A stretch of DNA of 63,995 nt, filler included, from Basidioascus undulatus (Eukaryota): assembly GCA_000826855.1 (NCBI GenBank). It is 9 parts of 9 records of this genome, joined end to end, with 100 filler letters (N's around TTAATTAATTAA, not from the genome) between each part and the next. Parts side by side here need not be neighbours in the genome. Positions count along the whole stretch, not along the records: positions 49,758 to 54,448 come from JTLS01002095.1; positions 54,549 to 59,239 come from JTLS01002096.1; positions 59,340 to 63,995 come from JTLS01002103.1; 6 more parts are not named here. The stretch is one strand, 5' to 3'. Shown here in pieces: positions 51,390 through 62,307 of this stretch (positions within the stretch are counted from its first letter, which is position 1; each line of letters starts with the position of its first letter). The translations under genes and the position numbers were made by a program. The notes beneath the pieces are model-generated. The model made no database searches. It saw nothing but the letters and a program-made list of their open reading frames with translations, and was not told where the DNA came from.

Positions 51390-52831
51390 TTAAGCCCTAT
51401 ATTTGGAGGAAAGTTGGCTGTGGATACATGAGATCATTGGACAGCGGAAGAGCGAATGTTGACTGCGAAGCGCGAGTCGGTGGTCCAGCTTCTGAACGAG
51501 GCTCCTTAGTATAATCGAATTGCCATCAGGCACTCTTATGAGACAAGTTCCCCTTCGGTTTGGTCTTATTGGAATAATCTCATAGTGCAAGAGGGGTCGA
51601 GCGCAAGGGCTCAGGTATTGCTGTCGTGATCAGATCTTGAAATACGCAACTGCTTCGCAGGAGACAACCATGCACAGCGAGCTTGGCCGAGATGAACAGG
51701 GCACACAAAGGTAAATCTTCCCCCAATTTACGTACAGGGTAAAGCGTCTGCAGGAAATGCCGTATACAAACTTTCCGACCAACAGGCATTACCATGACTT
51801 CTGCCAGGGCCCATCATGCCCTACGCAAGAAGCTCGGTGTACGGATTCTCCTTCCGCCTGGTGTGCCGAGCACCCGGTTTCTGCACTGCATCCAAGCGGA
51901 TAGTCCCACAGTTCGACGAGGAACGACCATCGGGACAGAGCAGCTTGTCGTCTCCCAGGCTCGTGGATGGAGAGGGATACGAGTAGGAGTACCAATCGTA
52001 CCCCTCGGGAAATCCCTAAGTAATATAATGCTTTCTGGGATTTAAGTTTGGAACCTAAGCAATCGGGTGCTTTCGGTGACGACGAAGGCGAGCGACGAAC
52101 AGCTCAATGTAGGACGAGTGTGGGTGGTCGGCGAGGAGCCAGGTCTCGAAGGTGTGCAGGTTCTTCAGCTTGGCCTGTGAGGGGTGAATCGGCTTAGAAA
52201 GGACGAGCAGGTGGAGACAAATTTAAGGATATTACAATCTAGAGTTTGCTCAAAGTGCAGCGATCTGGTGACCGTTATCACGTCTGTCAACAAGTGCAGG
52301 CAAGGGGAGTGTGGAAGAGCACTAACCAGAGACGAATGGGATCAAAGTCATAATAAAGGGTGCATGGAAGGCAATGACCTATCCCAGGAGGACATACAGC
52401 CCCTGGAGACAGCTTGGGGATGAGCGTAAGAACACCCACCATGTTGATGAGGAGCTCGCGAGGTGCGCCGAAACGGTAGCAGAGGTGAGTCTGGTAGACG
52501 GCGGAGACGACGCCAATAAACTCTCCAAAAGTTCTCAAGATAGCCGTGACGATGCGCTGAAAGTGGAGGATGGAGTGGAGGTGAATACGTTTGGATAGCG
52601 CACTCTTACGCTGATTTGAATAGCCGAGTGCGATATCTTTACGGTGGGAGTGAAAGTGCCAGCCATCAAACGGGGGGCACGGAAAAGATCTCTTGCGTTC
52701 GTGACCGAGCGTCCAACATACCTGCCCTGTCGAAGTGAACAGAGATCGGCACATGGAGAATATGCAGTCTGTGATGCATAGATCCGTTTTATCGTCCCTT
52801 CAGTGAGGATGCTGCAGTACGCCTGAAGCAT
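51390..52831 (-). pseudogene. Heavily decayed LRR-like gene relic
   Basis: Short Leu-rich minus-strand segments (AKLKNLHTFETW; ELLESLLASS) separated by stops and frameshifts. Confidence 0.25.
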
Positions 52832-53009
52832 CTGAACCAGCCCGTCCTAGCTAATGTGACTCGGCTCTCGAGTCGTTCCCGCATCATTAACACACACACA
52901 CACCTACACACTACGCATCACACCTTCTCCAGGCTCTCGGACGACCACCTACCTTCGCGGACCTCTTCGGCGCCTATTCGATCGATCAAATCACTTTCCT
53001 TGCGTCAAT

Positions 53010-54130
53010 CATGGCCAAACTCGCCCGACAGTCACTCACGCTCGCCGAGCGGACTTCGCCCAGCTCTCGCTCGTTTCTCAGGGGTTCCGCCTCATGGTAG
53101 AGCCGTTCCTGTACCGCTCGTGCCGCATCGAGGACCAGCGCCTTCCGCTGTTCCGACGCTCACTCACGGCGCGCCTGTCGCTCGCGGCGCATGTGCGCGA
53201 CGTTGAGTGAGAGGACCCTCGCCGGCTCGATCTGGCCTCGCGCGACGAGCCGGATGCGATTGCAGCGCAGCTAGGCAGTCCGACAGCCAAGGTCGTAGCG
53301 CTTCTTCACCTCGTCCCCGAGCTGCCCGTCCTCCGGGCGCGGGTGCCCGCCCCGGTCCATCGCTTCTGCAACGCGCTCGCACCACCACCGACCTCCCTCA
53401 TGCAGAGTCTTGCTCGTTGCGCGAGCTCTCAATGTCGTACACAGATGGCTTCGTCTTTGACCTACCTACGTGACATTCGCCTCAGTGGTGCGCGGGCTCG
53501 AGCTGAAGTACTCGTGCACCGCGGCGGACGAGCGGGCGCTTTCTGCCCTGCGTGCAACCTCGCGCATCACGACCTCAACATCGTGTTCAGTGGCTTGCCG
53601 AACTACGGAGCTTTCCTGGCGCTTTTGGGCGTCCCGCGGGCACTCGACCGGTTACGCTCGGCGAGGTCTCCATTCCTCGTATGATATCTAAGCGGACTTC
53701 CGGGATCTGCAACGTTTCACGCCGCACTTTTCGACTCGCGACCGATACTCACCCATCTTGACCTGAACAACGTGCCGCTCGTCCTAGGCCGCAGCTGCGC
53801 GAATACTCCGCCTTGCGCTATCTCTTTGTCTAGTTCGACACGCTCATTGCCAGCTCCGCCGCTGATGCCTCGAAGTCTCTATCCGTCTCATCAACACCCT
53901 CCCGCCCGCACTTGAATTTATCGAACTGAGGCTTGGTCCGCCCCCCCCTTGCCGACGTCTTCGACCAGCTCGTGGAGCTTCTCGAAAGGAAGGACATTGC
54001 TATACCGGCGCTCGGGACACTTTCCATCGACTCAAATGAGAGGGCCCCGGAACTCCACCAAGAGATTCGGAAGACTTGTCTGGTTGTTGGAGTACAGCCA
54101 TGTGAGTGGTTGGAGCTGGAGGACTGGTAG
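53010..54130 (+). pseudogene. F-box/LRR-like pseudogene
   Basis: DFAQLSLVSQGFRLMVEPFLYRSCRI...LAAHVRDVE is the typical fungal post-F-box segment; downstream frames are broken by stops and frameshifts. Confidence 0.55.
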
Positions 54131-54607
54131 CGTTCTTCGACGCTCGTTCAGAACAGTCGACACTGTTTCAGGGTGCGCCTGCTCTGTAGTATAGATGTTA
54201 ATGGTTCATGGAGATACGGTATTGAGCAATAAACACTCCGAAGGGCTAGAAGTTTCTCAGCCTGAAGAGTGCGCGACACCGCGCCCTGCGCGAGGAACGT
54301 CAGTTGACCAAACGTCATTTCAGCGCACCGTTCTTGTCTTACGTCCCTTACAAGAACACAACAAGCAGGTCCTTCGAAACTTGCTGCACCTAGTCCAACA
54401 CACCCAGGGCAAACTGCATGCCCCCGGCGTCGGAGCCGATGCAGTCGCNNNNNNNNNNNNNNNNNNNNNNNNNNNNNNNNNNNNNNNNNNNNTTAATTAA
54501 TTAANNNNNNNNNNNNNNNNNNNNNNNNNNNNNNNNNNNNNNNNNNNNCCCCGCCCTCTCCTCCACCCACCCCGCTGCGCCGCGCACCGGTCCACTCCCT
54601 TCCACGG

Positions 54608-56584
54608 GGGACACGATCGCAAAGATCGAGTACTTCCGCGTCCCCCCGCGGTGGATTTTTGTGCGGGTCGAGACTCGCGATGGGGTTTTGGGATGGGGGG
54701 AGGCGACGCTTGAGGGGTGCGTCTGTCTTCATCCGTCTTCACTCCCTCTTCTCGAAGTGCTCAGTTCGTGCGGGGGAACAGACACACCGAGGCAGTTGAG
54801 GGCGCGCTGGATGCGCTGATCAAGACTTTCGTTGGTGCGCCTCTTCCTCCCTTTTTCTGCCCCTCTCTTCTCCACTCCTCCACCAGCCTAACCTCCCGAA
54901 CGCTGGGGCAGGCTGGCCCGCGGGCAACATCGAAGACATCTGGCAGCACGGCTACCGCTCGCGCTTCTACCGCGGCGGGGAGGTCCTCATGAGCGCCATC
55001 TCCGGGCTCGACATCGCCCTCTGGGACATCAAGGCACGCAGGCTCGGCGTACCGATTTATGAGCTGTTCGGGGGGATGGTCAGGGATCGGTTGCCGGTTT
55101 ACGTGCGTCCCCATGCCTCTCTTCCCTACTTCCATTTCTGAATTTCTTTGGAGGATTCTGACTGCGATGGTGAAACAGTGCTGGATCGGTACTTCTTCTC
55201 ACCTTCTCACCTTCTCTCCTCACCCCGCAGCCTCCTTGAAACTGACTGTGGCCCTCCCTCTCCTCTGTCAGGCGGTGACCGCCCCTCCGAGATTCTGGCT
55301 GAAGCGAAAGTGCGCAAAGACGCCGGGTTCAAAGCCGTCAAGGTCGTTCTCTCACTCCTTTCGTCTATCTTCCCTAAGGGAAGACACCTTAAACGAGTGG
55401 GGATCCGACGCAGATGAACGCCACCTCCGACCTAGGCTGGCTCGACTCCCCTCGCGCGCTGGAACCAACCATCGAGCGCCTGCGGGCCGTGCAGTCTGTC
55501 GGCTTAGACGCAGGGCTCGACTTCCATGGACGGGTGCACAAGCCGATGGCCAAGTGCGTTTTCTTCCACCTCCCCCATAACCCTCCTCACCCCATTCTTA
55601 GCAACCCATGAAACAAGGCTTATAAGGCTCTGGTGGCGGAGCCAGGCAGCTCGCCCTCGCCCTCGCGCCCTACAAGCCGCTGTTCATCGAAGAGCCCCTC
55701 CTGCATGGGCACGCGCCCGAGATCTCCGAGCTTGCGCGCGCGGTGGGTACGCCGATCGCGCTCGGCGAGCGCCTGTACGAGCGCGCGAGCTTCAGGCCGT
55801 ACTTGGAGAGCGGGGCGGTTAGTATCGTGCGTCGTCCGCTTTCCCTTCCCGCCCTACAACTTTCCCTTTCGACTTTCTTATTAGTTTCATTTTATTTCTT
55901 GGTACACTTTTTCCTTCCCCTTGCATAGTCGGGCTGACCGGCTCCGGCGGAGCACAGGTCCAGCCGGACGTCGCCCACGCAGGGGGTATTTCAGAGACTC
56001 GGCGGATCGCGATCCTGGCTGGTGCTTCCTCCTCCCGTTCCCATTCTAAAAGCTTCCCAAGCACGCTGATACACCCCGTAACGGAGTTCAGAGACGTACG
56101 ACGTCGGCTTCGCCCCGCACTGCCCGAATGGGCCCATATCCCTCGCTGCATCCTTCCAGATGGACGCTGCGGCGCCGAACGTGAGCGCTTCTGACTCGGC
56201 TCGGGTAAAGAAGGTACTGAAATAGAGGGGAGGGAGAGGTCAGTTCGTGATCCAGGAAATGTCCTGGCGGATCCACTACAACGTCGGTGCGGACCTCTTG
56301 ACGTACATCAAGGTCCGTCTTCCCCCACCCCGCCCCCGCACCTCTTCCTCCCCTCCTCCTCCTCCTCTTCCGCCTCCCTATAACGAGCATCCCTCGCTGT
56401 TCGGCAGAACCCCGAAGTGTTCGAAGTCAAAGACGGGATGGTGACTGTCACACTCGGGCCGGGGCTGGGGATCGAAGTTGACGAGGACAAGGTGCGCGCC
56501 GCTGCGGAGGCGGAGCGCGGAGCTGCCGCGCCGTGGCGGAACCCGGTCTGGCGCGGGGAGGCGGGGGAGCTGAGGGAGTGGTGA
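54608..56584 (+). CDS. dgoD: D-galactonate dehydratase (enolase superfamily, DgoD-like); extreme 5' end probably missing
   Basis: FRVPPRWIFVRVET, GWGEATLEG|HTEAV, RFYRGG..LMSAISGLDIALWDIKA, Y|CWI|GGDRP, KAVK|MNAT, DFHGRVHKPMA, LFIEEP, PIALGERL, QPDVAHAGGISE, APHCP.GP, WRNP...EW*. Confidence 0.93.
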
Positions 56585-57829
56585 GGCGGATGTTCAAGGC
56601 GAATACGGATGAAGGCCTGTAGATGGTGCATCGGTGGCGAAAGAATGGTTCGGTGTAGAGGCGTCGCAATGCACGACATAGTGATTCCTGTTGAATATGA
56701 CTTTTGTCACCAGAATCTCTAGAATTTAGAAATGGAGCTTTCATGGTTCCTAGATGGAACAAGGAACTTCATACCGGATCTGCAGTCACACGATCACACG
56801 ATGCCAACTCATTGCTGCTTCAGGCCAAACGACTGAAATTTATGGTGATGCTGATTCTGCTCTCTTGCTTGATTTTTCTCTCTAATAACGGTTCCTGTTA
56901 CTCGCTCTTTGGAATCGACCTGAAGCTGAGTGGGTTGGCAGGTGCTTGGTGCGTTTGTCAGTACGTAGCGGAATCTTCCAGTCCCGGCCTCGCTCTTTCC
57001 CTCATCGGCGCCGTATCTTGATAACAGAGCTGTGCCGAGTTGTCAAAAAAATACTTAGTTTATTGAAGACATGAGGCTCGCTGACAAAGAGCTCCAAACG
57101 ATTGACTAGCAAGTACATTCCCGGTACACTTCAGACTTGCCGGTCCCTAATGACTTCCAAGCTTTACTCGGCGAATTAATTAAGAAATTCTGCGCTATTG
57201 TTTGCATCGGTGAGGTTGTCCGTGCCGACGAGGCGAGTGGGGTGCTTTCGTTAAAAAAAGCAACGCAACCGGCTCCCGTTCTCTGATTCTTGATATTGAA
57301 ACGATGCTTATCGTCCCCAATTCTTACAGATACCTATAATGGTGTAAACCACGTAGAAGAACCGTCCCATGTCATTCCGTTGGTGCAGGATTGTCGCCAG
57401 GTCACGCTGTTCAGCCTGTTCTCTGAACACGCTCTTCGCTAACCTTTCGGGACCAAAGCGAACAAACACCCCTTGGACTCTTAGCATAACTTGATTCGAT
57501 CCACTCAAACATCCCTGCCTTCCATCCACCGCTCTTGCTCACTTCGCTAGCATGCTACTTCGATTTCAGCGCGAGCTGGTCAACGAATGAGACGGGCGCT
57601 TTGTGCCTACCTCGCATTCGCCACCGCCGACTAGCTGTGCTGGACACAACCCACCTGACTCGATCAACCATCTATGTCTTGAGCTTTGAGCGGCGGACGC
57701 CTTCAAGCTTTACCCATCTTGCGCTACTATGCTTGAACCGGACGAGGGGCATACGGAGCTGTTCGCGACAGGGCTGATTATCCTCGTCATCCAATTCCTG
57801 GGCAGGATCTTTGTCTCTCGATTCCACCT

Positions 57830-58803
57830 CTTAGACAGACATTGGTAACCTCAACGCTTGCTTCGAGCGCGACGATCCCTCATGTGATCCTCCCGAGCTG
57901 TTGTTCTTGGACGCCTGGGATTCGGACAAGGCTTGTGAACTCGACGGATTATTGGTGGAGCTGCGGAGGGAGGTCTTTTCCCGAATGAAGTCTATCACGG
58001 GCGGACGCTCACCCGTCTTTGTTGACATCGGAGGGCAAAGACGCATTCGACCAGAGGCATCGCTTCGTGTCAATCTCGACGGCACCGTCACGTTACTGGA
58101 CCCAGAGGTGCAGCCCGTACTCTGCATCTATCCAATGAAGCTGTCGTCGAGGTTGGGGCTCGCAGAAGCAACTGGTCGTACACCCGCCTGCGGACGCTCT
58201 CCTGTCTAAAAGAGCAAGCGACTAAGGGTATTCAAAGGTGGTTGCTGAAATATGATGGGATGTTCCTCCGTCCGCCCGCGCCGAACCACGTTACCCCGTC
58301 TCATAATTCGCAGCGCTCGCTTGGGCCAACCACCGCGGACCATGCTGGATCTGCTTCGCTCTGAGACGCTGGACAATCTCCGGGACGAGGTTCGCGTATT
58401 TAGAGCCTACGCAGTGGTGTGTACAAAGCTGCATGGGAACTTCGACAACTGGGAGCCGTGGTGCGAAGTCTGAGGTGAGCCTTGCACCTACATGTGTCAG
58501 GGCTGTAAAGGCGCGACGTACTACTCTCGAGAGCACCAGCGCGAGGACTGGCCGGATCACAAGGAGGTGCAATGTCCCCCTCTACTTTCGCTAAACAATA
58601 GCTTACGTGGGCCGGATGGGCATATCGTCTTGCGTAATTCATTCGAGGGCTTTCAAGGGAACCCGGGGGAACAAAGGATGGGAGCTTTTGCCCTTTCACA
58701 CATAATGACCTGTTCATGGAGTGAACCGCACTATGCGCTGCACGCCCTGTACGCAGGTGGAAACGTGAAGTTACAGCTGTACTTTCAGGTCTTTATGAGA
58801 TAA
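57830..58803 (+). pseudogene. MYND zinc-finger gene relic
   Basis: CEV*GEPCTYMCQGCKGATYYSREHQREDWPDHKE matches the MYND pattern, with Cys2 replaced by TGA (58471-58473) and the Y-C Cys replaced by Tyr. Confidence 0.7.
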
Positions 58804-59339
58804 TCAAATGCGTCTTGTATGACCTTCAGCTATCTCCTAAAGGGCTGTCCGTTGACGCCAGCGCTGGTAAGGCAGCTAGCAAGAGTACCGTAAATGAAAC
58901 ATTGCTTAGAAGTTCTGAATACCAGGTTGCTTGAGATTCTAGCAAGGTTTTTGTGTCAGCCCAGAAGCGTAACCGTCCGCGACAACGGCACATGCATAGA
59001 ATGATTTATCCGATGCTAGGCTCAGGACAGGTGCAGATTTTTTTCTCGACGAATACCCCGTTCAGGCGGAGGGGATGTTGAAGTAGGCGTACTGCTCGGC
59101 CTCGTCGAGAGCGTCGTTGGCCTCCGATGCATTGGAAGGAAGGCGAGGTCGAGGTCAGAAGGTTTACAGGTATTTGAGAAACAAGTGAAAAACAAGGACG
59201 TACCCGATGCACGCGCGAAGGGACTGAAGCGCTCGCGACNNNNNNNNNNNNNNNNNNNNNNNNNNNNNNNNNNNNNNNNNNNNTTAATTAATTAANNNNN
59301 NNNNNNNNNNNNNNNNNNNNNNNNNNNNNNNNNNNNNNN

Positions 59340-60974
59340 CCCCCCCAAACCGGCGCGTCAGCTTCGGAAGAGGAGCAATGCCGGGGGAAGGGGGGGAGAG
59401 ACTTACATTGGAGGAAGAAGCACGCAAGGATCGTGTTGAACGCTAGGAGTGAACGTAAAATATCAGCACCGGCCTGGCGGGGGGTGGGGAGCGACGTACG
59501 CAAAACGGCCACCAGCGCAAACCTCGCGTACCCATAAGCCGGATCCAAAAACGCCTCAACGAGCAGGTTCCCTATCCCCCTCCGAACCCGTATCAGCCTC
59601 CCTCCCTCCCGCACCCCCTCCTCTCCCCGCTCGGGACGTACGGACCCCCACCCCCCAGATGAGACACACGAGGAGGACGACGCAGGCGGAGATGATGGGC
59701 TGGTAGAAAACCACTGGGCGTGGCGCAAGCGCGGGGAGCGCGTCGGACCGGCCCCGCTCGAGGTCTTTCTCTTGCTCTTGCGCGACGAGCTGCCCGAGGG
59801 AGGCGGACTCTGGGAGACGCTGGGAGGAGGAGAGGGCGGTGGATGGGGCATGGGGAGGGGTGAAGGACTGTCATGACGGAAGACGTGTTTAGCGGATGTG
59901 CGGACGCGAGGGGCAAGGGCATTGGGGATATACGGGCGTCATGGACCCCTTCCTAGACGCACCGCCCGTCCTATTCGCGCCTGGCGTGTCAGCGGACGGG
60001 AAGGAGAGGCATGGTGAAGAGGGGAAGGAGGGAAGGAGAGGAAGACGCACCAGATATACCGCATCAGCTGGCTCTCGACCGTCTCGCCTTTCTCGATCAT
60101 GTCCTCGACCGCGTCGGACCAGATGACGAGGCACCGCTCGGCGCGCACGAACGCCGCGCCCTGGTGCCGCCGCGCGTTGGCGAGGTCGGGGATGTCGTTC
60201 AGCACTGTGCGCAACATCCAACCGAAGTAGTCAGTGGGAGGAAAAGGGGGGGAGGGCGGAAGAGGAAGGGACCTTGGATGCGCGTATTGCTGCCTATGTT
60301 TACGTGAGTCGCATCTTCCCATCTGCGCGGCGAAGGCGGTCAGTTAAAGAGAACCCCAAGCGGAGATGTGAGGCGGAAGGAAGCGTTACAAAGTATCCAG
60401 CACCGCCTGCGCCCCGACACTGGTACTCTTGACCGCGATCTGTTCCCCCCCACCAATCAGCATTCCCCTTTCCCCCGTCGCCTCCCCGCACGGACGCACC
60501 TGGCAGTTCAGCTCGCTCACAGCGACCTCGAACGGGATGAGCTCCGGCGCGGCCGGGAACGTCTGGAACTGCCTGCTCCGCACGCGGATCGTCACGCCGT
60601 TCACGGTCGGAGCCACCGCTGGCGCGCCGTTCGGCGGCGGGGTAAGGGAGAACCATCCCAGTGCCTCGGCGCGGCGGTAGACGTGGAGGAGCATCTGGTC
60701 GTCCACATTCGTCTCCGTTAGCCCGTAAGGAGGGAGGGGGGAGGTGGAGCGCAAGACGCACAAGATGATACTTGTAGTCCGTCTCCGTCTCGCCTGACCC
60801 ACTCGCAGTGCTCTCGCTCCCCGCCCCCCCGTCCGCGCCATGCGAGGATGCCGACCCCGGAAGACCGGAGGGGGGGACGGCCTTCTCCGGGTCGGAGGAG
60901 GGGTTGAGCGCGGACTCGTCGGTCGATGAGGGGCGCGAGGACCGCGCCTTCTTGGTGAAGGAGAAGAGGCCCAT
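59340..60974 (-). CDS. 5' part of a fungal membrane GT2-family glycosyltransferase
   Basis: N-terminal domain (KYHL|MLLHVYR...GWF, FEVAVSELN, IAVK, DLANARRHQGAAFVRAERCLVIWSD, ESQLMRYIW) followed by RPVVFYQPII and TM segments (YARFALV..., ILACFFLQ). I recognise this layout from an uncharacterised fungal GT2 family, but the catalytic D,D,D,QxxRW region lies beyond the contig end. Confidence 0.7.
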
Positions 60975-62307
60975 GATGAGGATGCGGGCGGGGGAGGAGG
61001 TAGGGAAGAGGGCGAGGGAGCGGAGGGAGCGGCGGTGATGGAGAGAAGGAAGCTGAAGGTGAATGAACACCCTGGACTGGAGGCTAGAAAGGATATGGAC
61101 AAGGACAACGACAAGCACGTCCGGCTTCTAACTTCCTCTAGTCCTGGGCCTCAACCGCAAGGCGGATCGGAATCGAAATCGAATCGCTGCTGTCCGTCAG
61201 TTCCTCTCCCTTCCCCCCAGAACACCCGGGCGCCGGCGAGCAGACGAGGCAGTGAAGCGGACGGCTGCGGCCAAACGGGACAGACAAAATCATGACGGTG
61301 AGCATGCACTGATGTCGTAATACGCGAACTGCAGCGAGGAGGAGGTGGGTGATAAGGAGCTCGAGTCAAAGGAAGGGCCAAGGGGAAGCGGGGGATCGGC
61401 AAGGAACGGCCCGCGGACGGGATGCGGACACTGCCGCGGAGGGGACCCTGGAGCTGTCCATGGTCGGTCGGTTGCGCGTCGTTTGCGAGAAAAGAGTGTG
61501 CGATATTGGTGTGTGATGAGAGGCAATTAATTGGCTGTGCGGCGTGCATCAGATCAGAGGCATGTGAAAGTCGCAGGTAGCGTTCTGCTGAGGAAGCTGA
61601 GGAAGCTGAGAAGACGGCCCGATAATAATGACGCAAGTTCATGGCCGTATCGCGCCGCGTATCGTGCCGTTTCTGCAACGGGGCCTCCCTCTTCTCGTCG
61701 TCCTCCCCCAACATCTTCTGATGATTTGTGACCAACACAATCGGATTCATGCATTCCAACAGCTTTCACTTGTAAGGATAACCAGCTGGGTAAAGCGAGT
61801 CAAGAGCAAGGAAAATCTGTCCCCCGAATCGACGTGCAAAAAAACACATAGGCTGCGTGCTCTTCTGTCGGCGACAGCCCGCCGCTGCCGCTGTCGCCAA
61901 CGATCTTTCACCCCATCCCATCCACCTTCGACTGTCACCCTGGAACAAGCACCCTGAGCGCGTTCCTTCATTTCCAAGCCCGCCTTTGGTCGAAGGAGAG
62001 GAACGTGCTGTGCCTGGCTGTTTTGCATGATAAGAGAAGACGCTGCGCTGCGCTTGTAGGGGACGCTCCTCCCACGCGGATTGGCATCACTCCCGCTTGT
62101 CCTTCTCAACTCTCTGTGCTCCTCCTTCCAGGGTCGGAGACGGGCTGTGGAGCGAGTGGACTGATAGCGATCGCAGCTCGGAGCGCAGAACTGCATCCGA
62201 GTTTCCTCTCGAAGTCGTCTGCAGCGACGAGCGACTGCCTGCGCGCCTTCCTTTCGTTTCCTCTTCACATACGCCGGTGTTCTCCCCGCCGAGCACCAGC
62301 AGCAACG

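Noticed and set aside
54608..56584. DgoD as recent bacterial horizontal transfer or contamination
   Set aside because: About ten spliceosomal introns and host-like composition; fungal homologues of this family are known.
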